Assembly (NCBI RefSeq): GCF_006345805.1 | Contig: NW_021836131.1 | Coordinates: forward strand, 62,001-126,000 | From: Octopus sinensis | Taxonomy: Eukaryota | Reading direction: 5' to 3' | DNA length: 64,000 nt | Shown here: positions 53,621 to 64,000 of the stretch, one piece after another | Numbering within the stretch: position 1 is the stretch's first letter | How the letters are laid out: every line of letters starts with the position of its first letter | Translations under genes and position numbers: made by a program | Notes under the pieces: generated by a model | The model's database searches: none | The model's input: the letters and a program-made list of their open reading frames with translations, nothing else | What the model was told of the DNA's origin: nothing

Positions 53621-54734
53621 ATTAAAAGTTGGTCTTTGTTAATGTAACTTGAAATATACGTATACGACATACGAACATTACTACAAGAATTACTACATTA
53701 TATAATTATTTATAATATACGATATATTTATGGAATAAGAGGATTTATTTATGAAATTAGAGGATATATTAATGAAATACCCTGTATATAGGCATTTTTC
53801 AAAAATAATTTACGTTGAAAAATATAAGCCCTATTCGATTATAATAATTCGTAGCCCTAAAATGTGAATTAAATCTTGATGTTATCAATCATCATAGATT
53901 TTTAAAGTAAAGTCAAAAAATAATTTCATAATAAATTCAATTTGAATCACCAAAGTTTTGAATAATAAAAGAAGATAAAAATTCATAAAATTGTGTTGCA
54001 AACCCATATTTGCAATCAAGCGTTCAAACGACATGGAAACAAGAGCGCTCGAAGTCAAAACAAAAACGCAAATTGATTCCAAAAAGCGCGGAGATGAAAA
54101 AGAAAGTCCAACTAATTCAACCAAATTTTCGAGGTCATTTTCAATATTTTCAAAAATAAATTGTCCCAATTGACTTACTATATCATTATTTAAGCAATAT
54201 TTATCAGCAGCCACAAACACTTTGTACAGTCTTAAGCGATCAATACTCTCCATTCCTCCCAAAAAACATTTGGACGATAAACACCCAGTTGAAATATGAG
54301 CCAAAGCCACAATCATTTGATACTCTTCTGCCAAATAGCACTTCCGAAATTGCATTTCTTGCATTCCAGAATTAAACAATCTTTGGAATAATAAACTTAT
54401 TTTGAATAAATCATTAAAAGAGCACGTTACAGTTCCATTCTCAGATTCTAATTCTATTGGATCATCCACGTGACAACTGTAGCGACAATTTCCAAACATA
54501 ATATGACTTTTTTGAATTTGTAGACGACTAGTGACAATATCTCCATAGATTAATTTCATGTGAATAATTGGATTTTGAAATGCCAGAGTACTCTTTCTTG
54601 GTGAATAATGAAAATGTTCGATTCCAGAAACGTTAATTCGAAGAGATTTCATAACATGTCGATAAATAATGCACAAATTAGTGAACTGGTAAAAATATTG
54701 AGCTGTAAAAATGTCAGAAAACTCCGAACGTTCG
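53609..54734. repeat. Block B': copy of 43484-46000 lacking both LINE insertions
   Basis: Collinear from tttgttttttaaattaaaag to cagaaaactccgaacgttcg. Confidence 0.94.
53885..54676 (-). CDS. 5'-truncated copy of the BTB/POZ gene (263-aa ORF)
   Basis: Continuous across the site that is frameshifted in 45203-46719. A different 1-nt indel alters the C-terminus. Confidence 0.5.
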   Translation of the reverse strand: MCIIYRHVMKSLRINVSGIEHFHYSPRKSTLAFQNPIIHMKLIYGDIVTSRLQIQKSHIMFGNCRYSCHVDDPIELESENGTVTCSFNDLFKISLLFQRLFNSGMQEMQFRKCYLAEEYQMIVALAHISTGCLSSKCFLGGMESIDRLRLYKVFVAADKYCLNNDIVSQLGQFIFENIENDLENLVELVGLSFSSPRFLESICVFVLTSSALVSMSFERLIANMGLQHNFMNFYLLLLFKTLVIQIEFIMKLFFDFTLKIYDD

Positions 54735-54736
54735 AC

Positions 54737-57700
54737 TTAATTTATAACCCTCTATCAATAATTTAAATGGTTATTAAAATTATTTAAAAATTTATTTAAC
54801 CAATTTAGTCATTTTTAGTACGCGGCATCCAAATTCCAGGACTGTAGAAGGAATTTATGTCTTTTACAATCTGTGCAAAAGATTCCTTATAGTTCTGTAT
54901 TTGTTTTCGCCACATAAATTCTGAAAAAATAACTAACTAAAAAAACCTGCGAAATAAGATCCCAGATGATGTCTTACAGCTCCTCTTTGAGCTTCCAATT
55001 GAGCTTCGGTCCCAAGACTAATTCCATCTGATGTCCCTTCGGACATATACGTGATTTTGAAAGGATATCCACATTTTGCAGAAAATGCACTGCATCCTCC
55101 TTACTTATTGGGAGCTGTCGGAATTTGATGTTGCATAAGTCCACAACAGAATTTTCCATGTGACCTATAGTGCCAGTTTATATCAATATTAGGTACATGC
55201 TCGCCATAATATTAAAAAAATTAGAAAATAAATTAGTAAAAAATTTAATAATATTTTAAATTATTGATAGAGCGACTTAAATAAAATATAATATATTCCA
55301 CCTCAAAAATTATTAGATTTTTTAAAAGGCCTAAAAAAACTGCGACCACTTCGACAAAAGTACCGAATAAAGTCCCATGACAGCTTATTGTTGACTAACC
55401 CATATTTATGTATCCATTTATTTACGCTTATTTGTTCCTGAGCTTCAGGTGGCACATTGTTACTCTTTTCTGAATTTAGCAAATCCTGGGTAATTTGTAT
55501 CACATTCATTCGATAGAATTTGTCAAATTCTAGTTATAATTATTCCAATTATTATGATTTTTGTGTTTATTTAACTATTCTTACTTGATTTATTTGTTTG
55601 ATTCGTTGTAATGTCTTTTTCATTCGAAAACTCTAACATTTGGGTTTCTATAGCACTATTTTTTAAGTAATAAGAATTGTATTAAAAAATGATCAGGAAA
55701 ATTTTTAACTAATATTAAGGATGAATCCAACATTCTTTTGTAATTATATTTGACGTGCAGTATTCATTGAAAAGTTCAGGAAGTATTTTACAGCAATTTG
55801 AAAGTGAAATAAACGTTGAATGTAATAATTTACATCTATTTTTTATCCGATTTGCAAAATCAATAATCATTTCCAATCTGTGATAATATTTATCTCCCCA
55901 ATTTTTTTGGATAAATATCTTCATTGGATTCCACACCCTATGTGAAGCAATTGAAGCTTTCATTGAATTACAAATCCCCGATTCTGCTATTAAAAATACA
56001 ATATACTTACGATTGATAACTAAGGTCAACAAATTTAGAAAAGAATATTCTTCAATCATTATTGGAGGAAAAGTAGAATACAATTCGTTAAAGAAAGTAA
56101 TTATTTCATTTATAAATCTCTCCATATTATCTAAAATTAGATAAATTATTCTTATTAAAAAACGGTTATTTTTAAATTTTCCTATTCCAAGAATAAGATT
56201 ATCAAACTGAATAATTTGAAGATGTGGATCAAAAGATTGATACATATAGTAAAAAAACATTTCAAAATGTCCTTAAAAATAAAATAAATACAATCAACCA
56301 TTTTTTAACAAAATTTTTTGATCATTTTGATAAAACTCAATGAATTCCGAAGCTTGAAACAAATATAATAAAACTTTTTGTAAAAAGATTTCATAAGCAA
56401 ATATAAAATTGTCCAACAGATGATCAGGATTCTATTTAAAAATATTTAATACGTATTTATAACTGGTTTAAATATTAAGTCATTCGCCAAAAAATTAACA
56501 CGTTCATCTTCATTTTTAGAAAATATATTGTAACAAGAGATTATCTTTATTATTAAATCGTCTAAAAATATATTATTCAAAGTCACCATTATTCAAATTA
56601 AAATATTCCTGGTTAGGAGAATATGAGTAGTCGCTTACTGATGAGATTACGGGCATGTACACAGCACATTCCAAATTATTTAACCCCAATGGTTTAGAAA
56701 AAGAATCATTTTTATCATTATCACAATTTTGAGAATAATCTGTAAACTATGCAATGCTAATTTACCATGCGACATAACAACAAAGAGAGTGAAATGAAAT
56801 TTTATACCGCGTAATTTATTTATTATATAAACGAATTAATTAACAAATTATATTATTGTGGTTACGCAAAAAAAAGAATTCGGTCAAGTTTTCGAAAGCT
56901 TCATGGACGGGAAGCCGACGCGATCGAGAAAGAATTAGAGCGTACTATCGGCTTACCCCAGGGATCCCCTTAACCCCGGCCCTTTTCAACCTTTTCCTGA
57001 AAGATCTCCCGCCCTCCCGTGACAATAATGACATTGTCCTTTCATACGCGGACGAAATCGTATTAGCCTCACGGGACCGGGATATCCAGAAGACCTCTGA
57101 AAGGCTCCAAGCTAACTTGGATCAGCTAAACCTATGGCTGACGACAACCGGCTCTTGGTAAACGCGGGGAAGTTCGCCACGTCCCTTTTCACTTCCGACA
57201 AAAGATTGGGAAGGACTTCAGTCGACTTAAAGCTGAACAACGTGTCCGTACCCTTCTACAGGAGTCAGACGGTCCTAGGGGTAACCCTCGACATGCACCT
57301 CTGCTTCTCCCCGCACGCTGACAACCTCCTTCGCAAATGCGAAAAAATTGAACGTCCTTAGAACTCTATCCGGCTCACATTCGGTACTGAGGGGTTGTTC
57401 AGGATTACAAGGCCGTCCAATTGCTCGAGAATAGACTTTCCTCGGAAGACATCAACAATTTTATTGATTATTGAGAACTCTATTTGATTTTTGGTTAACC
57501 ATTAAAAAATAATGATTTAAAGTTGTAAATAAATCGGTTAAAATTGAGATAATAATTAAAATTTACATTAGAAAATAGAAAAAAATTCTAGATTCCATAT
57601 AAAAGCTTCGTCTGCTCCTAGCCCTAACTCAAATCTTAAACAACTAACCCTAACTAACCCTATGCGGGCTTCCAATTCTTAAAAAAATTTAGATGAAAAA

Positions 57701-58090
57701 TTTTAAATAAATCGTTAGTCAATTTTTGTAATTCTTGATATATGTACGTTAGTTTTTTCACCATTCTCATCTTCGATCAAGTACATGTCATTTTGTTGAT
57801 CTACCACAACATATTTGTTGTTTGATAATCCATCGTATAATGGGAGCCTTCGAATATTGGCATCATTGTCTTGTCTTGGAAATGTATTAATAAATCAATA
57901 CCTTAGTAATACTGTAGCTCCGACTTTTGTTAATATTGATGTATAAAATAACTATTTATATATTTTTTAAATATTTTTAAGCCAGGTGTCCATTTATTCG
58001 CGTGTCCATTTATCCGACTGTGACAAAGGATAAAGAAAATTTCGATTATCTTTTTAAGTCACTTATTTGACCTGTTAATTTGTTTTTTAA
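54737..58090. repeat. Direct repeat unit A' (partial Merlin, 5' part of the VWA3-like gene, RT fragment)
   Basis: Matches 50279-53620. Merlin right end at 55364; equivalent of the putative ATG at 56775. Confidence 0.96.
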
Positions 58091-58181
58091 TCATCAAGAT
58101 ATTTTTTAATCAAAATATTATATAAATTTAATATAAAAGATAAAAAGCTGAGCTACTAATAAAATATTTTATTGTTTGTTG

Positions 58182-60037
58182 ATGTACAATAAAGTCTGTC
58201 TTTATTAGTTTTGCTCTTTTTTATTAATTAAAATTATATCAAAACTAATAAAAAGAAATAAATTAAAAAGAATAGGTATTCCAAGACTGCATTTATGGAC
58301 ACATTGAGCTTTCCCCACTATGTGTAGCCATAATGGACACGCCAGAGTTTCAAAGACTTCGCTGGCTTAAACAACTAGGTCCCAGCCACTTGGTATTCCC
58401 CTCGGCCACCCACACTAGATTCGAGCACAGCATCGGGTTGGGATTGCCTATAATTTATGTCAAGAGTGTGCTATTTGGCAGGACAGTTCATTCGACATCT
58501 CCGGGATGTACAACCTGAACTGAATATTACTCCCTCAGATGTCACCTGTATAGAGATTGCTGGGTTATGCCATGATTTGGGTTATTTTTACTGACTAATA
58601 TAGGCCACGGACCCCACAGTCATTGCTTTGAACGTTTCATCACCTCAACAGGAAAAAAATTTAATGTATTTTTATAATTTAAAAATAAATTATTTATTAA
58701 TATATATAATAAGAAAATAATCAAATTAGCATGAAAATAATTCTATAAAAATGTTCGAATATTTAATCTCACAAAATAATCTTGGCCAAGTATTACTAAC
58801 ACACGGGCTGGTCTCTGAGGACATTGAGTTCATAAAACTCCTAATATGCCCCTTCTCTTCCCAAAGTTTAAAAATCAGAGCCAATAAGCAATTTCTCTAC
58901 CAGGTAAATGCCATTGATTAATTAAGATTGTCGCTAACCAAAATAACGGAATTGATGTTGATAAATTGGATTATTTGGCACGTGATACATTCCATCTAAA
59001 TTTACCTTTCAATGTGAACCCACTTAGACTGATTATTACTGCACGTGTATTGACTGTTCCTGAGAAGAATATGATGATGATTTGTTTTAGGGATAAAGTG
59101 GGGTGTTTTGAGATATTTTTAGTCACTTGTGGATATTGCTACTGTTTTTAATCACCGGATTTTGATGCATCGAGTTGTGTACCAACATCCTGCTGTTACA
59201 GCAATCAGTCAAATGTTTGACTATTTTTAATATTTAAAAAATATATTTAGGAAATATTATTTAATTTAATAATATTAATTTTTTAGGTTTTTTGATGTTT
59301 TTACTGAAATATGTCAAATTTACAAATTTCGTTGTTGCGATGGGTTCTTTTTAAACTAACATTTAAAGTTTATATCGACCAATATTGGAGTGCTTTGACG
59401 ACATGGCCGCCCTATCAGCCATGACTGACGAAATATTCTCTCCATACTTTCTCCAATATGCCCAATCATTATACCCAAATGAACAGTCAATTCAAGAACC
59501 ACCTCCTTACAAACGGGCACGGGCTATTCTGAGTAGATTACAGAAAAGAGAACTCTACAAAATTGTGGCGAGTGTAGAAATTTGCCGATCCTCGAAAGTA
59601 AATTTATTTTGCAATTATTTTCCGGTTGAATTTCGATCTAAATTTGTCGATTTTATTTCCAGGGATTTGTTTCATGATTTTGACCACGTGCGTGGGCTTT
59701 ACCAAACAGATTTGTTGACTTTCCATGTTTTGTTTGACTGCTTAGATTAATTTAGATTTCTTCGTTTGGTTATGGAATTGAGAGAAATCCGTTTGATTGT
59801 GTGTTTTTGTTTCGGAAATGTGATTCTGTGCCATTTAAAGCTTCGGCAGAAGTATTTTGTGATTTTTTATTTTAGATCAATAAAATGTTGCCGGATAGTT
59901 TAACTGAACGTCGGCTGTGTGTAATAACTAAAACATCTGATAAGAAGTCGATTTTGGCTGTAAAGGAAGCCTTTTCGTTGTTTATTGAGGAATATTTAAT
60001 TGGAGAATACATTCCAGGGACGCTTATTATTTATTAA
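58182..60037 (+). CDS. SAMHD1: SAMHD1-like dNTP triphosphohydrolase, HD domain only, multi-exon
   Basis: MYNK|[39 protein letters not shown]|[26 protein letters not shown] and [15 protein letters not shown]. Introns include 58437-58464 (28 nt), 58581-58603 (23), 58904-58926 (23) and 59098-59122 (25). The 3' exon boundaries are less certain. Confidence 0.9.
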
Positions 60038-61377
60038 CTTATTTTCGGTTTTTTGGTTAATAAATTAAAAATTCTTGTTTTTAATCCTATTAAAAGACCG
60101 TTTGGTCACATAGATAGATGTATAGAAGGTCAGCTGATCAGTCCAAGTTTGCCAGAAATCATAATTTTCAAGGATTTTGGTTTCCTGTAAAACTGAGAGT
60201 CGCAGTTCTCAACTGACAAAGTTCTCAGTTGAATGAATGGAGATAAGTCATTATTACTAGCAACATACGTTTGTGTAAATATCTCAAAGTGAATAAATTA
60301 CAAATTGATCAAAAATTTATTAAATTTTATTTAAGACACTCTCGTTATAGAAACGCATGTTTCAAGGATATTTCCATTAAACTCAATTATCTAGATATCA
60401 AATCATAATTATAAACTGTGCAAATTTTTAATGGGAAATATTCTAAGATTATAAGTAGAACAGTATATCAGATAAATTAGGATGACAGTCAGCATAGATT
60501 ATTTTAAAAAATAGAGCGAGAATTTCATTAAATATAGTTTTTTAATTAAATTTATGATTCTACAGTGGACGATTATTTCAGTGTAAGTTTTATAAGATTA
60601 TTTTCTTTTAAAATTAAATCCGGGATCAACATTTCTAAAGTTAATCTCAAAGGAAAATAATTATTTCATGCCAGTCTATCAGCTACTTTTAGAATCATAT
60701 ATTCTTTGATATCAATTTTTAACTGTTTTGCGTATATAGGAGATTAAATAGTCGTGTTTCACTTAGATACTAATGCTTCTTTAATAATGATCTCAAAGTT
60801 AGCTATAAAATATAGAAAAATCAGATTTCTTGATATATGTTAATAAAATTGTCAGTACAACTGTAATTCACACTCTCATGAAAAAAATTTAAAATCACAA
60901 ATATTTTAAAAACTCTTGAATTTTATTAATATACATAATGACGGCATAACGGGAAACCGACCTTTTTTATATAGCCACGTTTTTGATAGAAATCTCATTA
61001 CAATAAAGTAAGACCTCTTAAAGTTCTCAGAAGATGCCTACAGTTTCTAGATTGAATGTGAAAGCAATACTACTATAATTGGCAATAGAAAACAATTCAG
61101 GTTGTTATAATAAAAAGATCCATTTAATATTAAGATTAATAAAAATATTGAGTATTTAAAGTTTCTAGACTCTGCAATCTTTTCCAGAAAATAGATTTTT
61201 GAGAAAGCTCTGGGCATTAAGCTAAAATCTCTCTACCAATGCTTAAGGGAAATTGTGTATTAACAATGAAAATGTAGGACATTCTCAAAAATATTTACTT
61301 TTGTTTTGGTATTGGGACAAAATTGTCAGCAAGTTTTACCATCAAAATTTCCTCAAAGTAGACAATACAATCTAAAC

Positions 61378-62150
61378 CAAGGGTTCTCAACCTTTTTAGC
61401 TCGAGGGCCAAATCGATAATTAAGATTAGCTTCGCGGGCCGCACAAAAAATATTTTATATATTTTTATATTTTCCAAGCCGGTAACTCGCTTGCAATCCG
61501 AAGTGCAGCCACTGCTGATGCGTAATGAGTTTTTGGACTCTTTTTTTTCTTTTTTTAATTTCCATTTCCTTTACCAATCATCAAAGGACCTCCATCTGTA
61601 GACACAGAAATCAATTTCGAAGGATCAAGACTTGCTTCTTCAAGAGCTCGACAAAGTGCTTGAAATATGTCTATTTCTTTTGCAGAGAGGTGGAGTGACG
61701 ATAATGAAAGAAATTCTTCATAAATAGTAAAATTTGGTAAAACCCCTCAACAAAAACAACTAGTTGTTCTGTATCGGTTATATCTTTGGAACAATCAAGA
61801 GCCAAGGAGTAACAAACAAATTCTTTTGCAGCACTAGTAATTAATTTAGTTTAACAAAATACGATATAAGCTGATAATTAATATTTTCTGATATTAATTG
61901 AATTTTTCTCGTAACAGTATCATTGCTTAGTGTTAATTTTCTGGCAACGTCTTGTATTGTGGTAGAACAACATTCATTGGCAAATATCTGTATTGCCTCT
62001 TTGAATAATTCTCCATCAGTATACGGCTTCATGTGTGATGCAATCAAATGGCATATTTTCAACGAAGCCATTGTCGCATCATTTTTGGTAGCTCCACTTT
62101 TGAAATGTGATGTTCTTTTCACATGTTTAGACTTCAAGCATAATTTTTAA
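61378..62150 (-). mobile_element. hAT Buster/GTF2IRD2-like element remnant
   Basis: TIR-like end CAAGGGTTCTCAACC at 61378. ORF 61841-62137 (KPYTDGELFKE..LSNDTVTRKI) and STDGGP.MIG near 61590. A degenerate direct copy of the end lies at about 62610-62655. Confidence 0.8.
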
Positions 62151-64000
62151 ATAAAGGTTATTCACAAAGTCACAGAAAATAGAGATAACTATCCTAAAAA
62201 TATTTTGTATTTTGTAAATTTTTTTTTAAATATCTGGATCTGATTCCTGCGGTAACTATATAGATTTTTGAGAAGGTTTTCCAAAAAGAGAAATACGATG
62301 CTGTCATCGACATTGTGATAATTTAGTAGAGTTATTTGAAATTTACAAAAGCGGAGAAAATGCATATTATATAACCTGTTGGCATCCGAATTTGAAATTA
62401 TTTAAATTGGGAATTGTCGTAGAGAAATCATTCTGTAATCTTTTCTTGTCTTTAATTTGACTGTTATAACTGGCTTTCTGTTTGAAACAGAAAAGTTAAC
62501 TTTATCTACAGAATAAACTTAATTTAAAGTTCAACTGAATCCATATATGTATCGGAACTAACCTGTCTGCGTACGCAGTCTAGCAGACTGCGAAATCATC
62601 TAATCAAGAGTTTCTCAAGTTTTTTAACGCCGGGCCAAATCGACAATTAACCATTCTCTTCCGGACAGCAAAATAAATTAATTGGAAACTTTCATTAATT
62701 TTTAACCAATTGGTAACTAATTTGTCATAACACGGAATATAGGAGGCACATGCAACAGTTGACATAAGTGATCAGTCAATTTATTGCGTTATTTATTTTC
62801 ATGTGAATCATTTTACTGAAAATTAACTCATATAAATAAGTTTATCCAAACATTGAAGCATATTTATAAGCATTTATAAGTATATTCGGATATTTTTTTG
62901 GAAGTGAACTATAAATTCCATCATATTTTCAATCTTTACAATTTAAGTAAATTCCACATCTGATTGAAGGTCTATTAATTCTAATTAGAGTGATGAGGGA
63001 GCATTCTTAGGATCTATATTGTATGGCGCTGCAAAAATTTTAATTGAGGTCAAAATTTCATCAAAATTCTTAAAGTGAACTTAATTTTAATAAACCTTGG
63101 AACGTTTTTCCAATTCAAAAATAAGGTGACTGATAATGGTATTATATTTTTCAAATGAACCGTTGACTTTATTTTCGCTCAAAAAGTAAAATGAATCGTA
63201 TGTTTGAGCATTATTTGATCTTTCCAAAGTTTATATCCAATTGATTATCACTTTTATTGGGTTTGATTCCTATTTTTCTGATAAATTTGATGCACAGTTA
63301 TAATGATCTGCTTGTAGTTTCACTGATAAGTGTAGGTTTTCTGTCATTTACTTCTTTCCTGGTCTTGCAAGTTGGCCACTTGATTGTGTTGATAAAAAGC
63401 ATCTTCAATAAGTTCAACTACCAATTTCAAAATAGATAATTACAGTGACAATTCTATAATTATTGCCAAAATTTAGTCTTTCACAATTTATCGAATCATT
63501 GAAAATTGGTTTATCTTTTATTTTGGAAACAATACAATCGATCTGAAATATATCTTTTTCTACGGGTTCGAAAGTCTAAAACATGTCATAGTTTTTATAT
63601 AGCGAAGTTAAAATTAATTGTTGCACAGAAATGACCGAAGGCATCGGAGATATTGTGGCATAAAACGCTAGTGTTTTTATCAAATTTTGATTTGCAGGTT
63701 TGAAATGAATTTTTAGGCAATATACTTAAAGATTTAAATAATTTTAAAATAAGATATAATTTTTTGAATTTTTTAATAATATTCTTGTGACGTTCTCAAT
63801 GAGTGTTAATGCAAAAAGTAAATCTTGTTATATATAAAAGTCTAGAAATTTTAAATGATTTAACTGATGAAAAATTTAACAAAGATCAATTTATCGAAGA
63901 AGCAATAAAGTCGGGAAAAATTTCCATCTATTTGTCAGACCTGGCAAGCACAATAAATATAATCGACAAGGAAATTCACAAAGAAGTAAATAATCCGTCA

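Overview
AT-rich eukaryotic genomic DNA, not prokaryotic: no operons or CRISPR arrays were seen. The host genes carry very short GT-AG introns, mostly 21-29 nt, so most are fragmented or invisible in the ORF track. Reconstructed host genes are actin (x2), tRNA-Lys(UUU) (x2), a two-PDZ NHERF-like gene (x2), a Meis/Pknox-class TALE homeobox gene (x2), a BTB/POZ gene (plus a partial copy), a TE-disrupted VWA3A/B-like gene (plus a partial copy) and an apparently intact HD-only SAMHD1-like gene. The gene set and intron positions point to an animal with miniaturised introns, dicyemid-like; this is an inference. The rest is a dense nest of transposable elements: three Tc1 families with IR/DR ends, IS630/Tc1-like, pogo/Tigger, hAT-Buster, Merlin, a Ginger2/TDD-like integrase transposon, and RTE, CRE, R4/NeSL-like and Jockey/CR1-group non-LTR fragments. 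Two duplication systems dominate: 1-16032 repeated at 26345-41328, and a B...A-B'-A' rearrangement at 43.5-58.1 kb. Comparing copies gives filled/empty site pairs that confirm several insertions. Many frameshifts fall in homopolymers and may be sequencing error. No unambiguous new biological system was found. The best leads are the GC-rich PDZ/TALE island with GC-rich micro-introns, the Ginger-like element with a possible 23-bp relic, and the chimeric VWA3-Merlin-BTB rearrangement.
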